A DNA stretch of 64,000 bases from an uncultured Desulfobacterales bacterium. Lineage in GTDB: Bacteria; Desulfobacterota; Desulfobacteria; Desulfobacterales; CAJINA01. Position 1 is the first letter of the stretch. Every line of letters begins with the position of its first letter. The notes under the pieces are model-generated. The model had not been told where the DNA came from and did not search any database. It was given only the letters and a program-made list of their open reading frames with translations. Position numbers and translations under genes: made by a program. The stretch is taken from assembly GCA_964636125.1 (NCBI GenBank), contig CAZWPX010000011.1, forward strand, positions 18,741 through 82,740, given 5' to 3'. This document shows, one piece after another, positions 9,242 through 18,050 of the stretch.

Positions 9242-10495
9242 TCAGCTTTCGTAGAATGTCTGGACATCAGCCAGGGCCAGGTCAAGCCTGGCCAGGACCC
9301 AATCGGCCTGCTCTGTGCGAATATTCAGCGGCGGCAGGAACTGGACCACGGATTTATCATTGTTCGCATACACCATCAAAAGATCATGCTGATAGGCGGC
9401 CAGCGCCAGCAGCGGACCACAGTTGTCGTCTTTCAATTTCAGTCCCATGAACAGGCCCACCTGCCGCAGTTCCTCCATGATGGCATGCTTTGCGGCCAGA
9501 CGTTCAATCCCGGATTTGAAGCGGGCTGCAAGCGTGTTTACATGCGCCAGGAATTCAGGCGCCGCAGAAATTTCAAGGACCTTCAGAGCGACTGCGCAGC
9601 CGGGCTCTGCCCCGCCGAAAGTGGACACATGGATGTGAGGATCCGCATGAAACACAGATTCGAGGGGCGCGCGCAGCACAGTGGCCGTAATGGGGTAGAT
9701 CCCGCCGGAAAGTCCTTTGCCGAGAATGACCATATCGGGCAGGATATCAAAATGTTCAAAACCCCAGAGTTTACCGGTCCGTCCCAGACCGGTCTGGACT
9801 TCATCCATGATCAGCAGGGCCCCGGCCCGGTCACAAAGTTCGCGCACCCTGATGAGATAGCCTTCCGGCGGGACCGGCATGCCCAGCGTAGCGGGGATGG
9901 TTTCAAGAATTACGGCTGCAGTGTCAGCGTTCATGGCCTGTTCCAGGGCCCGGGTGTGGCCAAATGGGACCTGCTTGAAACCCGGGGGCTTAGGTCCGAA
10001 AGGCAGCCTGTATTTTTTATCCCCGGCGGCCAGCGCCAGTCCGGTGTGTCCATGGTAACCGCCTCGTGCGGACAGGATCAAGCTGCGCCGGGTGTGGGCC
10101 CGGGCCACTTTAAAGGCCAGGTCAACGGCTTCACCGCCGCTCACCCCGAAAACGGTGTAATCCAGATCACCCGGCATCAATGCGGCCAGGCGGTGGCCCA
10201 GCCGGGCCCGGGCATGGCTGACCAGATGGCCGTTGCCAATATCGCAATGTTCAAGGGCTTTTATCAGGGTCTGAATGATGACGGGGTTGCGGTGGCCAAG
10301 ATTGAAAGTGCCGCCATTGGTGTGCAGGTTGAATACCTGCTTTTTGCCATCCATATCCCTGGCCAGCGCCCCCTCGCGCGCATCCAGGACCAGCGGCATC
10401 TGCACTGCTTCCCAGAAGTCCGCTTTGGCCGAGTTTACATGCCTGCGAAACCGGTCGAAGGCACGCTGTTTTTCAGGAGAGTAAGCGTCCGCCAT
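9242..10495 (-). CDS. Class-III pyridoxal-phosphate-dependent aminotransferase family protein
   Basis: Family motifs are DEVQTGLGRTGKLWGFEHF, ILGKGLSGG (PLP lysine region) and STFGGAEPGCAVAL. Confidence 0.8.
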   Translation of the reverse strand: MADAYSPEKQRAFDRFRRHVNSAKADFWEAVQMPLVLDAREGALARDMDGKKQVFNLHTNGGTFNLGHRNPVIIQTLIKALEHCDIGNGHLVSHARARLGHRLAALMPGDLDYTVFGVSGGEAVDLAFKVARAHTRRSLILSARGGYHGHTGLALAAGDKKYRLPFGPKPPGFKQVPFGHTRALEQAMNADTAAVILETIPATLGMPVPPEGYLIRVRELCDRAGALLIMDEVQTGLGRTGKLWGFEHFDILPDMVILGKGLSGGIYPITATVLRAPLESVFHADPHIHVSTFGGAEPGCAVALKVLEISAAPEFLAHVNTLAARFKSGIERLAAKHAIMEELRQVGLFMGLKLKDDNCGPLLALAAYQHDLLMVYANNDKSVVQFLPPLNIRTEQADWVLARLDLALADVQTFYES

Positions 10496-10522
10496 AGTTT
10501 TTGCCTTTTACTCCCAGAAATC

Positions 10523-10921
10523 TTACTGAACATCCATGGATTTTTCAACGATCGCCTGTATGATTCCCTGTGTCGCTTCAAGGGTGAACGCGTCGAAAGT
10601 CAGGGTCGTCCAGGTCCGCGTCTGGCTCTCTTTTGGCTTTTCAAGGGTAAAGGTCCTGAATTCAACCGGGCCAACCCGATCAGCACCCAGTTCGATTTTA
10701 TCCTTGAGAAAAGCAATCTGGAGGGTGGACGCTGTTTCTGAAAGGTTGCTGAGTTTGAGCCTCAGATAACGGGTCTGTTGGACGTCGACTGTACCGGTAT
10801 ATATTTCATTGGCCTGCAAAACGATCTGTTCCGGTACCGTTCCGGCCAACGCGGTCGGCCCACAAAAATAGATGGTCAAGAGCAGGGCTGCCATGGTGTA
10901 GCCTATTCTCGTTCTGAGCAT
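10523..10921 (-). CDS. Small secreted protein of unknown function
   Basis: The 132-aa ORF has a signal peptide (MAALLLTIYFCGPTALAG). It is packed tightly between operon neighbours, with gaps of 13 and 27 nt. Confidence 0.5.
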   Translation of the reverse strand: MLRTRIGYTMAALLLTIYFCGPTALAGTVPEQIVLQANEIYTGTVDVQQTRYLRLKLSNLSETASTLQIAFLKDKIELGADRVGPVEFRTFTLEKPKESQTRTWTTLTFDAFTLEATQGIIQAIVEKSMDVQ

Positions 10922-10934
10922 ATCATCCTCCCGG

Positions 10935-11648
10935 TCAGGTCTGCGCCAGTTTCCGGCTGATTGCTTCCACAGTTAAAAAACGAACGCCGATATTTTCAAG
11001 TTCCCGCTGCCCCCGGTCATACAGGCCCGAGAGGGCGTCCCGGGCGACGACAATTCGAAAATCCCGCTCACTGGCCTCGTAGATTGAGGTACGCGGACAG
11101 TTTGGAAAGTTGCACCCGGCAAAAACAAGGGTGGAAATGCCGAGTTCTATTAAATGATCTTCCAGGGTAGTCGCATAGAAAGCGCCCCAGCGGGGTTTGT
11201 AAATGATGACTTCATTAGCAGATACCGCCTGGAGGCCTCCGGCAAGCAGGGTAGGGCAGTCCAGCTGCGGGGTATTTTCCGGCAGAAGGCCGGGTGCAAT
11301 CTGGCAGTCCGGGGTGCCGTCTATGAGTACCATCTCACCGCACTCCACTGCAGACCGCCGACAGAGATCCACATTGCCGCCATCCGGCCGGTAGATGCGT
11401 ACAATGTGTATAATGGGCTTTGCGAATCGGCGAAATGCAGCTGCAAGGCGGCCCATGGCCGGCAAGGCGGTGGCGGTTCCCGGAATTTCAAAGGGCCGGC
11501 CCTTCAATGTGCCGGTCTGGGTATCGATAATGAGCAGGGCGGCCGCTGAGAAATCCGGCCGGGTGTAATCATGCTGGGGCTGCACGTGTTTACTTTCCAT
11601 CGTTGTCAAGGTGTTTAAATTCGTTGGACCGGATGGAATCGGGCCCAC
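10935..11648 (-). CDS. Isochorismatase-family cysteine hydrolase
   Basis: ALLIIDTQ (catalytic Asp region) and TLVFAGCNFPNCPRTS (Cys nucleophile region) are present. The start is either GTG at 11648 or ATG at 11600. Confidence 0.7.
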   Translation of the reverse strand: MGPIPSGPTNLNTLTTMESKHVQPQHDYTRPDFSAAALLIIDTQTGTLKGRPFEIPGTATALPAMGRLAAAFRRFAKPIIHIVRIYRPDGGNVDLCRRSAVECGEMVLIDGTPDCQIAPGLLPENTPQLDCPTLLAGGLQAVSANEVIIYKPRWGAFYATTLEDHLIELGISTLVFAGCNFPNCPRTSIYEASERDFRIVVARDALSGLYDRGQRELENIGVRFLTVEAISRKLAQT

Positions 11649-12025
11649 TATTCACCAGTTTAGTATTGATTCCTTGCATGCTTGTACCGAGCCTTTGAAT
11701 AAACGGTGATGTTTTTTGGAGATCTCAAAACAGTGTGAAATTATCATTTACCGTGGGATACGGCAAGTTCAATCTGAGCAGCGGCAGGTTTGCCCGTTTA
11801 TTAATCTTTTAGCAGATCTGTGACAATCCATCCCATGTGTGCTATGCCTGCAAAGCTTCACACGGTTCCACTGTCCGGCCGATACGGCTCTCATGTCATG
11901 TGCGGGATGTTGATATCGCGGCAGGGCTACGTTGGCAGCGGGTTTCTAAAATCTGACAAACCTGTAATAAGTAAAAGGCTATATTCACAAGAGCTTTAAA
12001 CAGAACCGGGGGAATAGGAAAACGT

Positions 12026-13144
12026 ATGACTCAAACAGATAAGAGCACGCACATCGCGGTTGGGGCTCAAAGCAATGATCACTCCGCACATCTGGCCGGC
12101 ATATCCACAAAGCGCTTCTTCACGGACGCGCAGACCTTTGCAAAGACGCAATTGCTCATCTCAGAATACTACCAGGTCGATGTGCCTTCAAATTTCTGGG
12201 ATGTGTATAATGTGGAGGCCGAGGCTTTGGGACAAGAGATTATCTATCCCGAGGATGGCATTCCGGACGTCGACCGCACCCGCCCATTGATTAGAACACC
12301 CGCAGATCTGGACCGACTCAAGCCGTCGGACCCCTATAAGTCCGGCCGGCTGCCCTGGATCCAGGCGGTCAACCGGTATTATTTAGAGATGACAGGGAAA
12401 CTTGACCGGGTCTACTTTACGGCTCCCTTCAGCCTGGCCGTGAACATCCGGGGTTACGAAAACCTGGTCGGTGACATGTACGCCCGGCCAGACTTTGTTC
12501 ATCGGCTTTTCAAATTTTTATGTGATGACGTCCTGGGACCCCATATCGAAGCCCTGCGCAGCGAGGCCGGTATGCCGGATCTGATGATGGACGGGCGTGA
12601 TGCCTGGGCCTCCCCGCCGTTGATTACCCTTGATATGATGGATGAATATGTGGTCACTTACACAGAGAGGCTGCGAGCCCAATTGGGGGATAATGTGATC
12701 ACCCGCGGGAACTGGGGGGATGCGAAAAGTGGCGATCCCGAACGGTTTTTCGGACAGAAGCTGCGTTGCAGTCCGGGCGCTTTGAGTGTGCTTGACCCGG
12801 ACCTGCATGCAGTTGGCCCGGATCGGGTCAAAGAATTTGCCAACCGGTCCGACGTTGTTGTGGCTGCCGGGGTTGATGCCGCGCTGCTCAAGGACGGGCC
12901 GGTTGAAGACATTGTGGCGCGGATCAAGTTTTATATAGACAGACTGGCGCGTGATGGCCGCTGCATGATCCACCTCAACCAGATCCCGGCGGATACCCCA
13001 CCGGAACATATTCATGCGGCTGTGGCGGCGTGCCACACCTTCGGCAGCCTGCCAGTCGGCGAAGATTTGAATGCAGTTGCGTTTGAAGTTCCCCAAAGGG
13101 AGAGTTTTTCTGAATTCCTTCAGAACAAAGGCATACCCGGTTAA
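12026..13144 (+). CDS. Uroporphyrinogen decarboxylase (URO-D) superfamily protein, MtaA/CmuA-like rather than true HemE
   Basis: The EAEALG motif (VYNVEAEALGQEIIYPEDGIPDV) and overall length fit the URO-D/methyltransferase family. The HemE N-terminal RQAGRYLPEY-type motif is absent. Confidence 0.55.
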   Translation: MTQTDKSTHIAVGAQSNDHSAHLAGISTKRFFTDAQTFAKTQLLISEYYQVDVPSNFWDVYNVEAEALGQEIIYPEDGIPDVDRTRPLIRTPADLDRLKPSDPYKSGRLPWIQAVNRYYLEMTGKLDRVYFTAPFSLAVNIRGYENLVGDMYARPDFVHRLFKFLCDDVLGPHIEALRSEAGMPDLMMDGRDAWASPPLITLDMMDEYVVTYTERLRAQLGDNVITRGNWGDAKSGDPERFFGQKLRCSPGALSVLDPDLHAVGPDRVKEFANRSDVVVAAGVDAALLKDGPVEDIVARIKFYIDRLARDGRCMIHLNQIPADTPPEHIHAAVAACHTFGSLPVGEDLNAVAFEVPQRESFSEFLQNKGIPG

Positions 13145-13347
13145 GGCTGGCCGGGATTTTTGAAATCGGGTACCCGTCTTGACTATATGACAACTTAGAA
13201 ACGTGCAGCAAGGTTGACAATGTGAGGTTGAAAATAGTAAAAATCGTGCGTCGCAGGCAATGCCTTTCTTACACCGGCCCTCTTTCGGAAGATACCTGCG
13301 CAACAGGATTGAACCGAGGGCAATGTTACTAATAAAGAGACCACAAA

Positions 13348-14631
13348 ATGAAAAAAGACATTTCAAAACAGTTGTTTAAAGAAGCAATCGCACTTATTCC
13401 CGGTGGGGTGAACAGCCCTGTCCGTGCCTGTCGGTCTGTGGGGACCGATCCCCTTTTTATCGACAGGGCAGAGGGTGCCCACATATTTGATGCCGATGGA
13501 AACCGGTTTATCGACTACATTGGCAGCTGGGGACCGATGATTCTCGGACACCGCCATCCCTCGGTTCTGGCGGCCATTGAACAGGTGCTGTCACGCGGGA
13601 CCAGTTTTGGTGCACCGACCAACCTTGAGATCGAACTCGCCCGCCTGGTCTGTGAAGCGGTGCCTTCGATTGAAGTTGTCCGGATGGTGAATTCCGGAAC
13701 CGAGGCGACCATGAGTGCCATTCGCCTGGCCCGGGGTGTTACCGGGCGTGATCTTGTGATCAAGTTTGATGGCTGCTATCACGGCCATGCCGATACCCTG
13801 CTGGTGGCCGCCGGTTCCGGTGTGGCGACTCTCGGTATTCCCGGCAGCCCCGGCGTACCCGATTCGGTGGCGGCCAGTACCCTGTCCCTGCCGTTCAACG
13901 ATAGTGAGGCCCTAAAAGCGGTCATGGATGCCAAAGGAGAGAACGTCGCCTGTGTGATCGTCGAACCGGTTGCCGGGAACATGGGGCTCGTGCGGCCGGC
14001 TGAAGGGTTCCTGGAGTCCCTGCGTGCGCTGACCGCTGAACATGGCGCCCTTCTGATTTTTGATGAGGTCATGACCGGCTTCCGGGTGGCTTCCGGCGGC
14101 GCCCAGGCATTGTACAACATTACACCTGACCTGACCTGCCTGGCCAAGGTGATCGGCGGAGGCCTGCCGGTAGGCGCCTATGGGGGCAAGCGCGAAATCA
14201 TGGAGCAGATCGCCCCCCAGGGGCCTGTTTACCAGGCGGGGACTCTGTCAGGGAACCCCCTGGCCATGGCGGCGGGGATTGCAACGCTCAAGGAGCTGAA
14301 AACACCTGGATTTTACGAAGCGTTGGATAAAACTGCCGGCATCCTGGCCGACGGCTTACAGGATGTCGCTGCCCAGGCCGGCGTACCTGTCCAGGTGGAC
14401 CGGGTGGGTTCCATGCTGGGAATGTTTTTCACGGATCAGCCGGTCACCAATTTTGAAGATGCCAAAACCAGTGACCTGGCGCGGTTTACCGCTTACTACA
14501 AGGGGATGCTGGACCGGGGTGTCTATCTGGCGCCGTCGCAATTTGAGGCCGCGTTTGTCTCCGCTGCCCACACAAAAGAGGATATTGCCGCGACTCTTGA
14601 GGCCGCGGCCGAAGTGTTTAAAACCTTATAG
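13348..14631 (+). CDS. hemL: Glutamate-1-semialdehyde 2,1-aminomutase
   Basis: The N-terminus [19 protein letters not shown] is typical. [19 protein letters not shown] and [14 protein letters not shown] are also present. Confidence 0.95.
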   Translation: MKKDISKQLFKEAIALIPGGVNSPVRACRSVGTDPLFIDRAEGAHIFDADGNRFIDYIGSWGPMILGHRHPSVLAAIEQVLSRGTSFGAPTNLEIELARLVCEAVPSIEVVRMVNSGTEATMSAIRLARGVTGRDLVIKFDGCYHGHADTLLVAAGSGVATLGIPGSPGVPDSVAASTLSLPFNDSEALKAVMDAKGENVACVIVEPVAGNMGLVRPAEGFLESLRALTAEHGALLIFDEVMTGFRVASGGAQALYNITPDLTCLAKVIGGGLPVGAYGGKREIMEQIAPQGPVYQAGTLSGNPLAMAAGIATLKELKTPGFYEALDKTAGILADGLQDVAAQAGVPVQVDRVGSMLGMFFTDQPVTNFEDAKTSDLARFTAYYKGMLDRGVYLAPSQFEAAFVSAAHTKEDIAATLEAAAEVFKTL

Positions 14632-14718
14632 GCAACTTTGGGGAGTGAACTTGCAGTGCTGATTTCCCCGGCCCCCTTCAGGGGCCTTCCTGACGCCTCC
14701 CGCTATGCGGGTGGCGCA

Positions 14719-15312
14719 TCAGCGGGCGTTTTCAGTAAGATTGTCCTGCAGCAGCCCCAGTTTTTCGCGGTACTCTTTGACCACCGGCCCATCCGATCGC
14801 CAGACATGGCAGGTGTCCAGCACCACATCCATGGCCAACTGGGAAAATTCAGATGGATCGTGGGGTGTGCGTACCACATCCGACCAGAAACCCTGGACCG
14901 CGGCGGGGGCCATGGCCAGCAGCAGGCTCACCAGGTGGGAGCATCCGATCGGGCCGCTCAGGGCCGTTTTAACCCGGTTGGTAAATCCTGAGCTGATGGT
15001 CATCCCGATGACCGGCTGCAGCGAGGATTCAGCTTCCCGGCACTCTTTGCGCGGGGTTTGGGGCATCTTTACCTCGATATCTTCAATAACAAGTTTCGGC
15101 CCTGAGACCACCATCCGCATGATCATGTGGTGCAAGATGCCGGGGGGACGTGTTTCGCCGGTGATCACGTGGGACGTGAAGTGCCGCTCATCTTTCAAAA
15201 CGCCTTCAACGACAATTTTACCCGCATCCAGAGCAAAGACAGCCATGTCCACTTTACGCGAGTGAATTCTGTCGCCAGCGTCGGTTTTTATCCTATTCAT
15301 TATTTTCCTCAA
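14719..15312 (-). CDS. DUF2889-like protein
   Basis: The 197-aa ORF contains ILHHMIMRMVV and GPIGCSHLVSLLLAMAPAAVQG, which I recall as typical of DUF2889. This rests on memory only. Confidence 0.45.
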   Translation of the reverse strand: MRKIMNRIKTDAGDRIHSRKVDMAVFALDAGKIVVEGVLKDERHFTSHVITGETRPPGILHHMIMRMVVSGPKLVIEDIEVKMPQTPRKECREAESSLQPVIGMTISSGFTNRVKTALSGPIGCSHLVSLLLAMAPAAVQGFWSDVVRTPHDPSEFSQLAMDVVLDTCHVWRSDGPVVKEYREKLGLLQDNLTENAR

Positions 15313-15429
15313 ACCTTAAATGTGCTATCATTCATTTTTTTAATCCACATTTAGTAGTAAATTTGTTAAAAAGCAACCCTGTACAGACACCCGGTTGCTA
15401 TGGAATTACCATTGAAATAAGAGGGCTGG

Positions 15430-16359
15430 TTGATGACGCTATCCCCCAACCTCAGCGTTGATATCGGCGGGATTACACTCAAGAATCCCGTACTGACAGC
15501 ATCGGGAACCTTTGCTTACGGTAAGGAATTTGACGATCTGATTGACCTGAATCGGTTGGGAGGCATTGTTGTCAAAGGCCTCTCCCTGGAGCCGTCCAAG
15601 GGCAATCCGCCGCCCCGCATCATTGAGACCCCCTGCGGCATGCTCAACGCCATTGGTCTCGAGAATGTCGGTATCGAAGCTTTTATCAATCGCAAACTGC
15701 GGTTTCTGAAAACACTCGATACGCCGGTGATCGTGAATCTCTATGGCAAGACCATTGATGAGTACTCCCGTCTGGCCCGGCGTATCGATACGGTCGCAGA
15801 GATAGCCGGTGCGGAATTGAATATTTCCTGCCCCAACGTAAAATCCGGCGGGGTCGCTTTCGGGGTCGATCCTGACGTGGCTGAAAGGGTGGTCGCCCAG
15901 GTTCGGGAAAATACATCCAAACCGCTGATGGTGAAGCTTTCCCCCAATGTTACGGATGTGGTGGAGATCGCAAAAAGAGTTGAGTCCGGCGGGGCGGATT
16001 CCATTTCGCTGATAAACACGATTACCGGCATGGCGGTTGATCTGCAGGCCCGCAAACCGGTCCTGGCAAATGTGACCGGCGGGCTGTCCGGCCCGGCTAT
16101 CAAACCAGTTGCCCTGCGGATGGTATGGCAGGTGGCCGGTGCTGTCCGTATTCCCGTGATCGGGATCGGCGGCATCATGACAGCCGCAGATGCCCTTGAA
16201 TTTATCGTTGTGGGGGCTGCCGCCGTCCAGGTGGGGACTGCCAACTTTGTGAATCCGGCGGTGACCATGGAAATCATCGACGGCATTTCCACTTACCTTG
16301 TGGAAAACAAGATCGATGATATTGCTGATTTGAAAGGCACCTTGCAGATACCCGGATAG
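15430..16359 (+). CDS. pyrD: Dihydroorotate dehydrogenase, class 1B catalytic subunit
   Basis: The sequence contains LKNPVLTASGTFAYGKEF, TPCGMLNAIGLENVG, NISCPNVK and GGLSGPAIKPVALR. Confidence 0.9.
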   Translation: MMTLSPNLSVDIGGITLKNPVLTASGTFAYGKEFDDLIDLNRLGGIVVKGLSLEPSKGNPPPRIIETPCGMLNAIGLENVGIEAFINRKLRFLKTLDTPVIVNLYGKTIDEYSRLARRIDTVAEIAGAELNISCPNVKSGGVAFGVDPDVAERVVAQVRENTSKPLMVKLSPNVTDVVEIAKRVESGGADSISLINTITGMAVDLQARKPVLANVTGGLSGPAIKPVALRMVWQVAGAVRIPVIGIGGIMTAADALEFIVVGAAAVQVGTANFVNPAVTMEIIDGISTYLVENKIDDIADLKGTLQIPG

Positions 16360-16411
16360 ATAATGTGCACGTTAAAGGCCAGGCCTACAATGCGCGACTC
16401 TATAATTTGGC

Positions 16412-16435
16412 ATATTTCAAAATATGAAACGCTCA
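16412..16435 (+). repeat. Copy A of a 24/25-nt repeated intergenic element (atatttcaaaatatgaaacgctca)
   Basis: It is identical to 47586..47610 except for one extra A in the second copy. It contains the inverted repeat TTTCA-N5-TGAAA and lies 38 nt upstream of the ATG at 16473. Confidence 0.8.
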
Positions 16436-16472
16436 ACTCAGGTAAAACTCAACTACTGACAGGAGGTACCCT

Positions 16473-17213
16473 ATGAAGAGGTGGATGCTGTGTTGCATGC
16501 TGGTTGGCTGTTTGATTGCTGCACCCCAGGCGCTCTGGGCCGGATCTCCCCTGGAACAGGCGGATGCGCTTTACGAAAAGGGCGGACTGGACAATTTTAA
16601 AAAAGCCATTGCCCTTTACCTGGCTGCGCTTAAAGTGAATCCCGGGGATTACGACACCAACTGGAAATGTGCCCGGGCCTATCGGGATTACGGCAACATA
16701 GCCAAGCGCCAAAAGGTTGAAGGCTGGAAGAAAATTTGTGCGGAGTACGGCAAGAAGGGGATGGAATACGCCAAGAAAGCCATTGATGTTGACCCAAACA
16801 AACCGGACGCGCACTATTATTACGGAATCAGCGTCGGCATTTATTCAGACGGTGTCAGCATCATCACGGCGTTGCGCGAGGGGCTCAAAGACAAAACCCA
16901 GAGCAGCTTTGAAAAGGCGTACCAATTGGACAAAATGTACAACGATGCCGGTCCCATTCTCTCTTTGGGCAGATTCTGGGCTGTGCTCCCGTGGCCGCTG
17001 AAGGACAAGGATGACTCACTGAAATATTACCGGGAATACCAGCAGACGCAGTACTTTGCGGACAGCGACGAAGCGCATATTTATATCGCTGAACTGCTCA
17101 TGGACATCGGTGGCAGCGACAACAAAGCCGAGGCCAAAAAACTGCTTGAAAAGGCGGCCGGGGCAAAAGACCCTTATTTTAGTGACTGGGCCAAGCGATT
17201 ATTGAAAAAATAG
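16473..17213 (+). CDS. Secreted TPR-like helical-repeat protein, function unknown
   Basis: A signal peptide (MLVGCLIAAPQALWA) is present and GGAGG lies upstream. The sequence is helical and TPR-like (AIALYLAALKVNPGDYD). Confidence 0.6.
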   Translation: MKRWMLCCMLVGCLIAAPQALWAGSPLEQADALYEKGGLDNFKKAIALYLAALKVNPGDYDTNWKCARAYRDYGNIAKRQKVEGWKKICAEYGKKGMEYAKKAIDVDPNKPDAHYYYGISVGIYSDGVSIITALREGLKDKTQSSFEKAYQLDKMYNDAGPILSLGRFWAVLPWPLKDKDDSLKYYREYQQTQYFADSDEAHIYIAELLMDIGGSDNKAEAKKLLEKAAGAKDPYFSDWAKRLLKK

Positions 17214-17251
17214 CAAAACCATCACATTCTCCTCGGGGGAGGAGGGGGTAA

Positions 17252-17872
17252 ATGGTACAATTTACAACTATTCGGGGAAAGGAGCTTCCAATGCTGAAAA
17301 AGGTTATTGCCGCAGGTCTTGTCTGTTTGTGTTTATTCGTATTTACCGGCTCAGGGGTTGCGGGGGACCAGAAGATTGCCGGTGTCACGTTTCCGGGTGA
17401 AAAGGTTGTCGCCGGAAAAACCCTTACGCTCAACGGTGTTGCCTTGAAGAAAAAATTCGGGTTCGTCAAAGTATTCGCGGGCGGCTTCTATATGGAAAGC
17501 CCGAGCAGTGATGCCAACACGATTATCAACTCTGAACAGGTCAAACAGTTCGTGCTCCACTACCTGACCAGCAAAGCAACCGCTAAAAAACTTCAAAACG
17601 GGTTTATTGAAGCAATTGAAGATGCCAACCCGCCGGCCATGGTAAAAGCCCAGCAGGCCAATATCAAAAAGTACGCCTCCTGGCTGGATGCGGACATGGC
17701 CCCTGGAAAGATCTCGGTTACAACTTATATTCCAGGTGAAGGGCTGTCGTGCGTCTACCAGGGCGTGAAAAAAGGAACGATCACCGACAAGGATTTTATC
17801 AAGATGTATTTTACCTACAACTTTGGTGCCGAAGCAGATAGCAAGATGCGCAAGGGGTATTCCGGAAAGTAG
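17252..17872 (+). CDS. Chalcone-isomerase-like family secreted protein
   Basis: VTFPGEKVVAGKTLTLNGVALKKKFGFVKVFAGGFYME is typical of the bacterial chalcone-isomerase-like family. The true start is probably MLKKVIAAGL at 17291, which has a signal peptide. Confidence 0.6.
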   Translation: MVQFTTIRGKELPMLKKVIAAGLVCLCLFVFTGSGVAGDQKIAGVTFPGEKVVAGKTLTLNGVALKKKFGFVKVFAGGFYMESPSSDANTIINSEQVKQFVLHYLTSKATAKKLQNGFIEAIEDANPPAMVKAQQANIKKYASWLDADMAPGKISVTTYIPGEGLSCVYQGVKKGTITDKDFIKMYFTYNFGAEADSKMRKGYSGK

Positions 17873-18050
17873 CGCTATAAGACCACTCTTGAAACCGGAT
17901 AGGGCGCGTGCTGTCCTTTCCGGTTTTCGATTTTGTACCAACAAAAGTGATAGCACCACCAAACGGACTCCAAAACCGTTCCCGCAGAGGGCTGCTTCCG
18001 CAAGGCTTACAGAGGTTCTTCGACAACCTAATACTCACCTGGAGCGCTGC

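Noticed and set aside
9386-10741. 451-aa plus-strand ORF
   Set aside because: It is antisense to a clearly recognisable class-III aminotransferase and has no recognisable motifs. Long antisense ORFs are expected in GC-rich coding DNA.
11932-11947. TGGCAGcgggtTTCT as a sigma54 promoter
   Set aside because: The -12 element lacks the GC dinucleotide at the required spacing. The match is much weaker than the sites at 48790 and 57568.
11649-12025. Possible cobalamin riboswitch upstream of the URO-D/MtaA-like gene (tccactgtc resembles GCCACTG)
   Set aside because: The other conserved cobalamin-riboswitch blocks (GGGAA, GGTG-AA-TCC, B12 box) are absent. The resemblance is a single short word.
12026-13144. 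Calling this gene hemE because it neighbours hemL
   Set aside because: It lacks HemE N-terminal signature residues and carries the EAEALG motif of the MtaA/CmuA-type branch. Adjacency to hemL alone is not sufficient.
12518-13366. 282-aa minus-strand ORF
   Set aside because: It is antisense to the URO-D-family gene and runs across the intergenic region into hemL. It has no Shine-Dalgarno sequence and no motifs.
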